Shown here piece by piece: positions 16,822 through 25,931 of a DNA stretch of 45,390 bases (position 1 is its first letter; the number at the start of each line of letters is the position of its first letter). The notes under the pieces were generated by a model. It did not search any database. It had not been told where the DNA came from and was given only the letters and a program-made list of their open reading frames with translations. Made by a program: the position numbers and the translations under genes. The stretch covers positions 1-45,390 of the forward strand of contig JACPAJ010000065.1 in assembly GCA_016180865.1 (NCBI GenBank), in the 5' to 3' direction. This stretch comes from Deltaproteobacteria bacterium. Lineage in GTDB: Bacteria; UBA10199; GCA-002796325; 1-14-0-20-49-13.

Positions 16822-17583
16822 TTATGGTTTTAACCTCGGGTCGAATTCAATTAAAAATCCTTCGTTGTATGCCTCCCATTTCAATTTTTCCGCGGGCGTG
16901 TCAAAAGGGGAGGCCCTCTGAATCGCCCTGATGCAGGATGCATCGAAAGATGAATCGCCGGAGCGCTGTTCCCATTCGGTGGAAACGACCTCGCCGCTTT
17001 CGTTTATTATAACGACAATGCGCGCCTTGGGCCTTTGCCCTTCGGGAAGCTCATATAATTTCATCGGTATAATCCATTCCTGAATGATTCTGGCTCTGAT
17101 CATTGCTTGATACTTTACATATTCGGGATCGTCAATAGGAACCCGCAGAGGCTTGTCCGATGTGCCGTATTTATAGCCTTCGCCGCTCGCTCCAATCTGC
17201 GCCGCTTCGGGCTGCACAACCCTTTTCTTAAGCTTAACATCTATTTTTGCGAGCGCGGCCTTCATCTTCTTTTCTTCTTTTGTCAGCTTTTTTTCCTGCT
17301 TTACGGGTTTGGCCTGTTTAACCGTTTCTTTCATTACATCTTTCGGCTCTTCAGCTTCCTTCTGTTTTAAAAGATCTTTCTGTTCCTGAATCGTGCTTTT
17401 GGGGAGCGCTTCCGATTCTTTGAGCCCGGTTCCAATCTCTTCGCTTGTTCCGCGCGGAAGCTCCATCCATACCATCTGCAGAGGCCTGTCGCCAAACGGC
17501 CATCGCAGCATGAAAAGAATATGCGCAACCGCCGAATAAAAAAGCGGACGTGAAACATTTGGGACGTCCTGACGAGTGTGCAT
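16822..17583 (-). CDS. tolA: TolA-like protein (TonB_C-type C-terminal domain)
   Basis: 253-aa ORF with an N-terminal TM segment, a Lys/Glu-rich linker and a TonB/TolA-type C-terminal domain. Its position between tolR and tolB supports the call. Confidence 0.65.
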   Translation of the reverse strand: MHTRQDVPNVSRPLFYSAVAHILFMLRWPFGDRPLQMVWMELPRGTSEEIGTGLKESEALPKSTIQEQKDLLKQKEAEEPKDVMKETVKQAKPVKQEKKLTKEEKKMKAALAKIDVKLKKRVVQPEAAQIGASGEGYKYGTSDKPLRVPIDDPEYVKYQAMIRARIIQEWIIPMKLYELPEGQRPKARIVVIINESGEVVSTEWEQRSGDSSFDASCIRAIQRASPFDTPAEKLKWEAYNEGFLIEFDPRLKP

Positions 17584-17594
17584 TATAGTAGATG

Positions 17595-18014
17595 CTACCT
17601 TTTTTCTTTCTCAGGCTGGGTTACCATCCCTATCCGCAAAACCCCAGCCGACTTTGCCAATGACATGACTTTTACGACTTCTCCATAGAGGATATCGGTA
17701 TCGGCTTTGATAAAAAGATCTTTCTTTTCCTTTTCTTTGTAGACATCCCCCAGTTTCTTTTCAAGAAAGCCCATTGTGACGGGCGTCGGATCGTCCCCGA
17801 TAAACATGGATCCGTTTTTATGCATTGTAAGAACGATATCGGTCTTTTCGCGAGAAAGCGATGGAGCCGCAGCCTGCGGCAGATTGACATCCAGGCCCTG
17901 CTGCATAAGCGGCGCTGTAATCATAAAAATAATCAGCAGCACGAGCAGTATATCGCAGAAAGGAATGACGTTGATTTCCGACAGCTCTTTATTATGCGTA
18001 GAATTAAATTTCAC
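17595..18014 (-). CDS. tolR: Biopolymer transport protein TolR (ExbD/TolR family)
   Basis: 139-aa ORF carrying INVIPFCDILLVLLIIFMITAP followed by VNLP, which is typical of ExbD/TolR. Confidence 0.85.
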   Translation of the reverse strand: MKFNSTHNKELSEINVIPFCDILLVLLIIFMITAPLMQQGLDVNLPQAAAPSLSREKTDIVLTMHKNGSMFIGDDPTPVTMGFLEKKLGDVYKEKEKKDLFIKADTDILYGEVVKVMSLAKSAGVLRIGMVTQPEKEKR

Positions 18015-18724
18015 TTAAAGTACTCCTTTTCGATCCTGTGCGAGAGATCTTCGGAAAACTGCGTAATGTCCCTCGTGAGGAGCCGTATTTTATTCACAAA
18101 AAAGTTATAAAAAATAACGGCCGGAATGGCTGCCGCAAGGCCGATGGCCGTTGCAATCAGAGCTTCTGCGATATGCGGGCCGATGACGGCGATAGAAGAA
18201 GAGCCGCCGCGCCCGAGCTTCCAGAAAGCGTTTAAAATTCCCCAGACCGTTCCGAAAAGGCCGATGAAAGGGGCTGCGCTTGCGGTTGTAGCTAGAAACG
18301 GAACGTAATATTCCAGCTGTTCGATTTCTTCTTCAGCGGTTCTTGCGATATCTCTTCTTACGAAAGCGATATTTTTTGAGTTTTCGGGATCTTTTAAAGA
18401 TGTGACGCCGCTTTTAAAGATAGTGAATACCGGGCTTTTTCTAAAAGCCCCTTTGGATACCAGCGTTTCGATATTTTTAGACTGCCAGAAGGAATAAAGA
18501 AACTGGTGAGTCCTTTTTTTGAAGCTTTTCAGCTGCCTGTGCTTCATAATGATGATAGCCCATGAAATTATGGAGAAGATGAAAAGAAGAAGAAGGGCGA
18601 ATTTGACAACTATGTCCGCCTGCCAGAAAAGGTATAAAATATTGTGGTTTCCGCCGAGATCAAAGGTTTCCACCGGCGTCTGCGGCAAAGCCACCGCTTC
18701 GAAGAGTGCTATTATGCTCATCAT
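18011..18724 (-). CDS. tolQ: Tol-Pal proton-channel protein TolQ (MotA/TolQ/ExbB family)
   Basis: The MotA/TolQ/ExbB core is LATTASAAPFIGLFGTVWGILNAF. I place the start at ATG 18724 (MMSIIALFEA...), which is preceded by SD AAGGAG. The track ORF extends to 18799. Confidence 0.85.
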   Translation of the reverse strand: MMSIIALFEAVALPQTPVETFDLGGNHNILYLFWQADIVVKFALLLLFIFSIISWAIIIMKHRQLKSFKKRTHQFLYSFWQSKNIETLVSKGAFRKSPVFTIFKSGVTSLKDPENSKNIAFVRRDIARTAEEEIEQLEYYVPFLATTASAAPFIGLFGTVWGILNAFWKLGRGGSSSIAVIGPHIAEALIATAIGLAAAIPAVIFYNFFVNKIRLLTRDITQFSEDLSHRIEKEYFK

Positions 18725-18848
18725 TGGTTTTATCTCCTTGTTAGGGGGAGCATAATCCAACAAAATTATCGGCATGTCAAGAAACCTTGAAGGGAGCAAA
18801 ATTTACTTTGACTATTGCAGTATTTATAGCTAGTTGGGGCCTAAGTTT

Positions 18849-19643
18849 ATGGAGCGTGCAATAGGTATATTTGATTCTGGCGTTGGCGGATTGACTGTCT
18901 TTGCCGCAATAAGGCGTGCTTTGCCGGATGAGTCTCTGATTTACCTCGGCGATACTGCAAGGGTTCCTTATGGCACAAAATCGAGCGAAACCGTCATAAA
19001 ATATTCTCTTCAATGCGCTAAGTTCCTTGTAGAAAGAAAAATCAAGGCTCTTGTAGTCGCCTGCAACACTTCTTCGGCATATAGCCTTCCAATTTTGAGG
19101 GAAAAAAATAATATTCCCGTGATAGGCGTGATTGAACCGGGAGCTAAAAAGGCTCTTTCCGCGACTAAATCAAAGCGGATCGGTGTTATCGGCACTTCGG
19201 CGACAATCGGCAGCAATGCATACGGCTGTTTATTAAAAGAGTATGATGCCGGCGTCAGCGTTGTAAGCCAGGCCTGTCCTCTTTTTGTTCCGCTGGTTGA
19301 GGAAGGATGGCTTAATAACGAGATTGCTAAAAATACTGCAAAAATATATCTTGAATCTTTTAAACATGAGAATATTGATACACTGATTCTGGGCTGCACG
19401 CATTATCCGCTTTTAAAACCGGTTATAGCGGAGGTTGTCGGCTCTAATGTTGGCCTTATCGATTCGGCAGAAGCGGTTGCCGAAGAGCTTAAAATGAAAC
19501 TGGCCGAAAAAAGGCTGTTAAATAAAAAGTCCGGACCATCGGCTTATCAGCTTTATGTTACAGATCTGCCGAACCGGTTTGAAAAAATCGCTTCGGACTT
19601 TTTGGGCGGAAAAATCCCCTCAGTAAAAAGGATAGAGTTATAG
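18849..19643 (+). CDS. murI: Glutamate racemase
   Basis: Motifs IGIFDSGVGGLTV, ACNTSS and GCTHYP. The start is taken at ATG 18849 (MERAIG...); the track ORF starts at 18834. Confidence 0.9.
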   Translation: MERAIGIFDSGVGGLTVFAAIRRALPDESLIYLGDTARVPYGTKSSETVIKYSLQCAKFLVERKIKALVVACNTSSAYSLPILREKNNIPVIGVIEPGAKKALSATKSKRIGVIGTSATIGSNAYGCLLKEYDAGVSVVSQACPLFVPLVEEGWLNNEIAKNTAKIYLESFKHENIDTLILGCTHYPLLKPVIAEVVGSNVGLIDSAEAVAEELKMKLAEKRLLNKKSGPSAYQLYVTDLPNRFEKIASDFLGGKIPSVKRIEL

Positions 19644-19709
19644 TTGAACGGTTTTTAAAAACGTGCTAAAAGGAATAATGCGAGTTCATATGTTGAGACA
19701 TTCTAAAAA

Positions 19710-19805
19710 GTCATCCCCGTCCGCCACGGCGGAGGGATCCAGTGAATATCATGAGATCCCCCCGCCACTACTACACGGCGGGCATGGTGCTTTTGCAGGG
19801 ATGAC
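19710..19805. repeat. ~96-bp composite GC-rich hairpin element in the murI-ctp intergenic region
   Basis: The terminal inverted repeats are GTCATCCC (19710-19717) and GGGATGAC (19798-19805). The inner hairpins are TCCGCC-AC-GGCGGA (19720-19733), GGGATC...GATCCC (19735-19760) and CCCGCC-ACTACTACAC-GGCGGG (19761-19782). Confidence 0.65.
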
Positions 19806-20886
19806 ACACCGAAAAAGACTTTTTTTTAGAGGTTTTTGTCTGTTTTTGATGGCATTCGGGGTTTCTTCTAATTCGTTTGCTGTTTCCGAAGAGGGCTATA
19901 AAGAACTTCATATTTTTTCAAAAGTTTTGAGCAAAGAAGAAAAAAATTACGTCGAAGAAATCGATGATTCCAGTTTAATTAGAAACGCCAAGACAGGCGA
20001 TAAAATCATAAAAATAGACGGCGTTTCCACAAGAGATCTGAATCTTGCGGAATCGGTTTTAAAAATGCGCGGAAAAGTCGGAAGCAAAATTGTTCTGACA
20101 ATAGTCCGGGGCGACCCCAAAAAACCATTTGACGTCTCGGTTGAACGACAGTTGATAAAGGTTCCAAGCGTTCGTTCCGAAATTCTTGATAAGGAATACG
20201 GCTACGTAAAAATAAGGAGCTTTCAGGAGAGAACGTCCAAAGATTTAAGAAAAGAGATTGATAAGTTCAAAAAGGCCAATGCTTTAAAAGGGCTGCTTTT
20301 GGATTTAAGGGACAATCCCGGCGGATTGCTGGAACAGGCCGTGGAAGTGTCGGATCTATTTTTAGCGAAAGGCGTGATTGTATCGACGGAAAGCCGCGGC
20401 AAAGAGATAGACAAGAGAGAAGCTAAAGACGACGGCATTGAAGGAGAATATCCGATGGTTGTTCTTGTGAACGGCGGAACTGCTTCGGCTTCCGAAATTG
20501 TCGCCGGAGCTTTGCAGGATCATGCGCGAGCAATGGTTCTTGGCACGCAGAGTTTCGGCAAGGGGAGCGTGCAGACCGTCGTTGAAATGGACGACGGCAG
20601 CGCTTTGAAACTTACGATTGCTCTCTATTTTACTCCTAAGGGCCGGTCGATTCAGGCGTATGGAATTGTGCCGGATATTATTGTTGAAGATCAGGAAGTG
20701 GCCGCGAAAAACGGAAAGAAAGAGCTGAGGGAACAGGATTTGCCAGGCCATTTGGAAGTCCCTAGCGAAAGAGTTGAAACAGCCGAACCTGAAAAACTGG
20801 TAGCCTCGTTTGGCAAAATTGATTATCAAAAGAAGGCCGCATTGGATTACCTAAAGAGCTGGGAAATATTCAGAAAAGGGCAGTAA
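19801..20886 (+). CDS. ctpA: S41-family carboxy-terminal processing peptidase
   Basis: Motifs LDLRDNPGG, NGGTASASEIVAGALQD and SFGKGSVQ. The start is placed at ATG 19801 (MTHRKRLFF..., a signal peptide). The track ORF start at 19663 reads through the repeat element. Confidence 0.8.
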   Translation: MTHRKRLFFRGFCLFLMAFGVSSNSFAVSEEGYKELHIFSKVLSKEEKNYVEEIDDSSLIRNAKTGDKIIKIDGVSTRDLNLAESVLKMRGKVGSKIVLTIVRGDPKKPFDVSVERQLIKVPSVRSEILDKEYGYVKIRSFQERTSKDLRKEIDKFKKANALKGLLLDLRDNPGGLLEQAVEVSDLFLAKGVIVSTESRGKEIDKREAKDDGIEGEYPMVVLVNGGTASASEIVAGALQDHARAMVLGTQSFGKGSVQTVVEMDDGSALKLTIALYFTPKGRSIQAYGIVPDIIVEDQEVAAKNGKKELREQDLPGHLEVPSERVETAEPEKLVASFGKIDYQKKAALDYLKSWEIFRKGQ

Positions 20887-20983
20887 ACGTCATTTTTTTG
20901 GCAAGCGCGCCTTTTTTTGTTTAAAATGATAATAAAAATCCACAAATTATCCAATAAAATCAAGTAGTTGTCTTTAAAAAAGA

Positions 20984-20999
20984 TGGCATATATTTTGCT
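20984..20999 (+). promoter_or_regulatory. Sigma-54 (-24/-12) promoter
   Basis: TGGCAT-ATATT-TTGCT with GG at 20985-20986 and GC at 20997-20998. It is followed by SD AGGAGG (21011-21016) and ATG 21025. Confidence 0.7.
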
Positions 21000-21024
21000 A
21001 TAGTTCTTTTAGGAGGTGCCGCTT

Positions 21025-23208
21025 ATGAGAATTACAAGATTAATTATGATATCCGTTTTGATAGTATCGTTTCTGGCTTTTACGCCTGTTAGATCAGCGT
21101 ATCCTGCCGGCATAGGGACTCAATCTTCTGCTGCGGTTGTTCAAAAAGCCGAAGCGGAAAAAGGCTTTTTTGAAAAGATTGTTGATGGAATTGCAAATAT
21201 TGCAGATGAAATTGCTAAAGCTGTCAGTAAAGCGGTGAATTTTTTGAAGGGAAATAGAGTTGCTAAAGACACCGAGGTTCCCTTAATTAAGCCGTCGGAA
21301 GCGGATAAAAGCGTGATACAGGTTGGTCCGCAATCTGCCGAGGTACAATCTGAGAGAATAACGCAAGATAAACAGATTGCTGAAGTTGAATCAGAACCGG
21401 TGAAGATGATTCCGATGCAGCAAGCTTCACCGCAAACGATCGTACAACAGCCGGTAATCCAACAGCCGGTGATTCAGCAGCAGGCGGCTGTTATTGAACA
21501 AGAGCCTGTATATATTACGCCCGAAAGGACAGATACATTTTCCAGAGCAACGGGATTGAATGAAATTCAGCAGCAGCAGATCGAAGAAAATGAAAGTATC
21601 GGGATTCAGTCGGAAGCTGTGCAACAGCCCGAAGAAAAACCAGCGGAGGTTTTAATTCCCAAATCCGAAGCGGTAGTAAATATTCCGCAGGTAAAAGACG
21701 AAAGTAAAAGCGAAGTTGCTGACAAGCGGGTTGAGGAAACAGTGCCGGTTATTTCGGGCAGCATAATTATTGCCGGGAATTTGCCAAATATTCCTTCACA
21801 GCAAACTCAAACGAGCAGAACGACTACAAGTACAACAACTACAAGCTCAGCAACAGGTGTAACAACTAGGCCTCAATCGCCGATTGTTCAATCCGGTGAA
21901 GTGCTTGGAACTGCTGCGACCACAGAAAGTCCATTGGAGCTGATGGGGCGGCAAAGCGTGGCGCAGACGGGTGATGCAACCAGAACCGAGAACTCCATCA
22001 GAGAAGAAGGAGCTAGAACGGAAACAGTAACAAGAAGCCAAGAATCATGCGGTGAGACGAGAGTTTTATTTTCGGATAGCATAAGAAAAGCCGCTTTAAC
22101 GGCAGATAAAAGATATGTTGTGGCAGATGCCGGCGATGGAAAGAGGTCGGTGGTCTCTGTTTGCAGCGGATTAAAAATAGATTGTACGGCGGATGCATCT
22201 GCCGAACGTTCGATAACTGTCAGTAAAAGGGCTGCTGAAACGGAAACTTCGAGAACTGGAGAAACGGCAGGCACAGCAGCAGCTGCTGCGACCGAGGAGA
22301 GTGTTAGAGCCGGAACCGATGCCTGCAGAACAAAGCTGACAATTACGAGAGGTGAGTTGAGTGAAGATACGCGCGCGGAAATGCTTGATATTTGCAAACA
22401 ATCTGAAGAGCTCTTTCAGAACAGAACTGGAACCGGAGATGTTTCAGAAATTAAGCTTGCTTCCGTAGTCGCCAGCAGCAGCTTGCTTTATGTAACCAAC
22501 GATATGGTTAGAACGATGGAAGTTGATAGCTCCGATCAAAACAAGCCGATATTAGACGCTAACATTATTGTGGCTAACAATGTCATTCAGTTCAAACCTC
22601 TAGTCTTTTGCATGTCCGGCGATGCGGTTAGTGAATGCAGCGGAAAATATGATGAAGTGAGAGCGACAGCTTCTGACGGCTCTGAAGCTTCATCGGCAAG
22701 TTGCGAAATGGCTGGTTCGAGGAGTTTAACTCTTTTGGCGCGCGCAAAGGGAGTGGAAGTTTCGACTACGCTTGATATTGGAAAAGAGGCAAGTTCCGAA
22801 CAAGCAGCATCCGAAGCTTCAGATGAAAAAGCTGCTGGTTCTACGGAGGTCGCCGCAGCTGGTACCGAATCCGGCCAAGAAACCGCCGGTCAGGCAGCTG
22901 AAAGTGCCGCAAAGGATTTGCCTCAGCCGGATATATATGAATCCCTTCCTCCAGGCGGAGAAGCGCAGGAAATTCCGCTGCAAACTTCTAAATCTTTTGG
23001 GCCCTCGGAAGTTTCAGGCGGTGGCGGATGTTCGCTGGCTGCCCGCACGGATATGAATATCGTGCCGATCTGGGTGTGGCTTATTTTTTCAATTGGTTTT
23101 GCTTGCGTTGCCGTAATAATGTTGCTAAAAAGCGGTGCTACGGAGGTAGTTCGGCATGAACAAAAGAATCGGAATTCTTACAGGCGGAGGCGATTGCCCG
23201 GGTCTTAA
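21025..23208 (+). CDS. Large secreted low-complexity (Q/P/T/S/E/A-rich) protein with a Gly-Cys plus TM plus basic C-terminal region
   Basis: About 727 aa counted from ATG 21025, with a signal peptide (LIMISVLIVSFLAFTPVRSA). It contains the QQPVIQQPVIQQQ repeat, a TSRTTTSTTTTSS tract and the C-terminal SGGGGCSLAARTDMNIVPIWVWLIFSIGFACVAVIMLL...RRRR. Confidence 0.75.
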   Translation: MRITRLIMISVLIVSFLAFTPVRSAYPAGIGTQSSAAVVQKAEAEKGFFEKIVDGIANIADEIAKAVSKAVNFLKGNRVAKDTEVPLIKPSEADKSVIQVGPQSAEVQSERITQDKQIAEVESEPVKMIPMQQASPQTIVQQPVIQQPVIQQQAAVIEQEPVYITPERTDTFSRATGLNEIQQQQIEENESIGIQSEAVQQPEEKPAEVLIPKSEAVVNIPQVKDESKSEVADKRVEETVPVISGSIIIAGNLPNIPSQQTQTSRTTTSTTTTSSATGVTTRPQSPIVQSGEVLGTAATTESPLELMGRQSVAQTGDATRTENSIREEGARTETVTRSQESCGETRVLFSDSIRKAALTADKRYVVADAGDGKRSVVSVCSGLKIDCTADASAERSITVSKRAAETETSRTGETAGTAAAAATEESVRAGTDACRTKLTITRGELSEDTRAEMLDICKQSEELFQNRTGTGDVSEIKLASVVASSSLLYVTNDMVRTMEVDSSDQNKPILDANIIVANNVIQFKPLVFCMSGDAVSECSGKYDEVRATASDGSEASSASCEMAGSRSLTLLARAKGVEVSTTLDIGKEASSEQAASEASDEKAAGSTEVAAAGTESGQETAGQAAESAAKDLPQPDIYESLPPGGEAQEIPLQTSKSFGPSEVSGGGGCSLAARTDMNIVPIWVWLIFSIGFACVAVIMLLKSGATEVVRHEQKNRNSYRRRRLPGS

Positions 23209-24196
23209 CGCTGTTATTCGCGCAGTTGTCTGGCGGGCCACTCAATATCAGGACAAAGTTATAGGAATAAAAAACGGATGGGCCGGACTTCTTAACTGCG
23301 AAACCATGCCTCTTGACCGAAAGTCCGTTGGAGGCATCCTGTATCGCGGCGGAACAATCCTTGGAACGTCGAGAACCAACATTTTTAAAGATTCCTCAAC
23401 CGCAAATCTTGCAATGAAGAATATCAAAAAAATGGGGCTGGATGTTGTAATCGCCGTGGGCGGCGAAGATACTCTCGGGGCCGCGTATAAGCTGTCGCAG
23501 AAGAATTTCCCGGTCGTTGGCGTTCCGAAAACAATTGATAATGACCTGGCTGGAACGGATTTTACGTTCGGTTTTGATACTGCCGTATCGATTGCAACAG
23601 AGGCGGTGGACAGGATTCATACAACTGCCGAATCGCACAACAGGGTTTTAGTCGTGGAAGTTATGGGCCGCCATGCGGGATGGATCGCGACCTATTCCGG
23701 ACTTGCCGGCGGCGCGGATATAATACTTGTTCCGGAGTACCCGTTTACAGTTGAGGAAGTTTGCAATGCGGTTCGCAGGCGCCATGACGCCGGAAAATTT
23801 TTCAGCATTGTGGTTATCGCGGAAGGCGCGCAGATGGTCACAAAGAAGGGCAAAGAGGTTGTTTTATCATCAAAAGCTAAAGATGAATTCGGCCATGTCA
23901 GGCTCGGCGGAATCGGCGCGGTTCTTGCCGAAAAAATCGAGGACGAGACCGGATATGAAACGCGGGTTACTGTTCTGGGACATATTCAGCGCGGTGGAAC
24001 GCCCACAGCTCATGACAGGGTTTTAGCTACGCGGTATGGCGTTGAGGCGATGGACTGCGTGAAAGACGGCGATTTTGGAAAGATGGTTGCCCTTAACGGA
24101 ACAAAAATTGCCCGCGTTTCCTTAAAAAGCATAGCGAAAAAGATAAAAACAATTGATAGAGACTTTTACGAGCTGACCAAAGTTTTTCAATATTAA
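23156..24196 (+). CDS. pfkA: 6-phosphofructokinase (motifs lean toward the PPi-dependent / group III type)
   Basis: Motifs GILTGGGDCPGLNAVIR, GGEDTLG and PKTIDNDL. SD GGAGG lies upstream. The gene overlaps the end of the upstream ORF by 53 nt. Confidence 0.9.
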   Translation: MNKRIGILTGGGDCPGLNAVIRAVVWRATQYQDKVIGIKNGWAGLLNCETMPLDRKSVGGILYRGGTILGTSRTNIFKDSSTANLAMKNIKKMGLDVVIAVGGEDTLGAAYKLSQKNFPVVGVPKTIDNDLAGTDFTFGFDTAVSIATEAVDRIHTTAESHNRVLVVEVMGRHAGWIATYSGLAGGADIILVPEYPFTVEEVCNAVRRRHDAGKFFSIVVIAEGAQMVTKKGKEVVLSSKAKDEFGHVRLGGIGAVLAEKIEDETGYETRVTVLGHIQRGGTPTAHDRVLATRYGVEAMDCVKDGDFGKMVALNGTKIARVSLKSIAKKIKTIDRDFYELTKVFQY

Positions 24197-24210
24197 TGCC
24201 GGCAGAAGCG

Positions 24211-24858
24211 TTATTTCTTCTTAAATAAGCCTTTAAGTCCTCCCATGCCCTTGGATCCGCCTTCAGCTGCTGCAGCTTTGCCGCCGCATTTTGGAAGAGA
24301 TGTTTTGAAAAGCCCCAATCTCATATTGGTCTTAGTGCTGAAGAACTGGCAGGTCTGATCCTTAAATTCACAGGAGGAAACGGCATCCACTGCGCGTACG
24401 GATGCAGGTGCAAATACAACGAGCCCCTTCTTGGCATATTCGGCGTCAACCCAGTCGGAAGCATCTATGCCGCTTTTTTCCGGAGGCGCAAGATAGCGTT
24501 TTTCAAACTGCCCGTCCAGTATGCCGCCGCCTGTGAAACCGCCGTTTTTGTCACATTGGAATTTATAACCTTTGCTTGAAAAATAGTCCGCCGCCTCTTT
24601 GCTCATTACCGGATAATAGCCGATATCATCGTTTACAGCGACGTTGAGTTCGGAGCCGTCTATCTTTTCGGTTTTAACGCATCTATAACCGCTTTCTTTT
24701 TCTGCAAGGCCTTCTTTATATTTTATCTTTCCAAAATCGCACTTATACCATTCAACCGAATTGAATTTTGGATCAGGCGGCGTATCTTCCGCTAAAAGCT
24801 TTGCGGAAAATGCGCAGATTAAAAAACTTGCCAATGAAAACAAAAATAATCTTTTCAT
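24211..24858 (-). CDS. Secreted Cys-containing protein, unknown function
   Basis: 215-aa ORF with a signal peptide (LASFLICAFSAKLLA) and a Gly/Lys-rich tail. Confidence 0.6.
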   Translation of the reverse strand: MKRLFLFSLASFLICAFSAKLLAEDTPPDPKFNSVEWYKCDFGKIKYKEGLAEKESGYRCVKTEKIDGSELNVAVNDDIGYYPVMSKEAADYFSSKGYKFQCDKNGGFTGGGILDGQFEKRYLAPPEKSGIDASDWVDAEYAKKGLVVFAPASVRAVDAVSSCEFKDQTCQFFSTKTNMRLGLFKTSLPKCGGKAAAAEGGSKGMGGLKGLFKKK

Positions 24859-25121
24859 GCGAGCCTCCTTGTTTTTTGATGGAGATTTTTAGCATAATAA
24901 AATTTGCTTAACAATAGTATTTTCCGGCTTTAAGATAATTCCAGTTAAGACAACAACTTACGAATGTTACTGTAATTAAAAACTTTATAGTTGGATAAAC
25001 ATCAGAAGCGGGTGGCAAACGGCCAGTGCTCTGGCAAGCATAAAATAATACAATATCAATCGAAGTGGAAGCAGGTGCTTTCTAGACATAAATAATGTAG
25101 AAGGGAAAGGGGGTATTTGTC

Positions 25122-25847
25122 ATGAAGAGACATTTAAAGTTGTTGCACATATTGGGGTTGTTGGCGGCATTTCTTCCATTTTTACTCCAATGCGGAAGTG
25201 CAAGCGATGGAACGTCACAGAGTACGGCGAAGACGGCATTAACGGGTGAAATCTCGAACCTCGATACAGAGGCGAAGTTGTTCGAACTCGGCGGGCAGGA
25301 GGTGGATTTTTCGGCTGCCGGCTTTGAAGGGGGAACGGAAGATGATCTTGCAGATGGAGAGGATGTCGAAGTAGAGGGTTCATTGGCAGAAGGCGAAGTT
25401 ATTGAAGCGGAAGCGGTCAAATTTGAAGATAATAACGACGTTGAAGCGGGGAAGATTAAAATAAAGGCGGATGTGGATGCAGTTGATTCCGAAATGGGAA
25501 CAATCACACTGCGTGGATTGCAGCCTCTAATCTTCAAGGCAGATGCAGCTACAAAATTAGTAAGCTTTAACAGCCTTGCCGAACTTGCATCCGGCGACCA
25601 TATAAAGATTAAAGCTATAATGGACGGTTTCAGCGGACAGCTGACGGCCACCGAAATTAAAGGCGTGTCCATTGATTTTGCTCAAATAGAAAGTTTCTTT
25701 CTGGAGAGAGGCATTGCCGTGGATGTTGCTGCTGTGCTGGGCGGAGCTTCTGCCGGCGACGAGATTTCAATAAAGGGCAGCATAAACCTTTCAACTGGTG
25801 CCGTCACATTGGAAGAGATCAAAGTGAAAAATGAGGGAATACTATAG
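25122..25847 (+). CDS. Acidic lipoprotein, unknown function (repeated small beta-domain pattern)
   Basis: 241-aa ORF with lipobox LLQCGS and repeated D/E-rich G..V.V.G segments. The antisense ORF at 25082-25672 is judged spurious. Confidence 0.65.
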   Translation: MKRHLKLLHILGLLAAFLPFLLQCGSASDGTSQSTAKTALTGEISNLDTEAKLFELGGQEVDFSAAGFEGGTEDDLADGEDVEVEGSLAEGEVIEAEAVKFEDNNDVEAGKIKIKADVDAVDSEMGTITLRGLQPLIFKADAATKLVSFNSLAELASGDHIKIKAIMDGFSGQLTATEIKGVSIDFAQIESFFLERGIAVDVAAVLGGASAGDEISIKGSINLSTGAVTLEEIKVKNEGIL

Positions 25848-25931
25848 CCCGACCCCTTTTCCCTTGTAATCGTTAAGATATTCAAACCATAACAATGAGT
25901 TAGCAGGATTCTGACTTCACGGTTGTTCTTG

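Noticed and set aside
18725-18799. Extension of tolQ to 18799
   Set aside because: ATG 18724 is preceded by AAGGAG at ideal spacing and begins the conserved TolQ N-terminus. The extension would remove the tolQ/murI divergent promoter region.
19663-19800. N-terminal extension of the peptidase ORF (MLKGIMRVHMLRHSKKSSPSATAEGSS...)
   Set aside because: The extension is a translation of the 96-bp hairpin element. A normal signal peptide begins at ATG 19801.
21888-22397. 169-aa antisense ORF inside the low-complexity secreted protein gene, plus other shadow ORFs (e.g. 3402-3965, 3653-4093, 6250-6615, 20362-20829, 25082-25672, 29479-29895 and 32625-32975)
   Set aside because: They are shadow frames of longer ORFs that have recognisable domains or signal peptides. 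Their composition-driven openness is expected in biased or low-complexity sequence.
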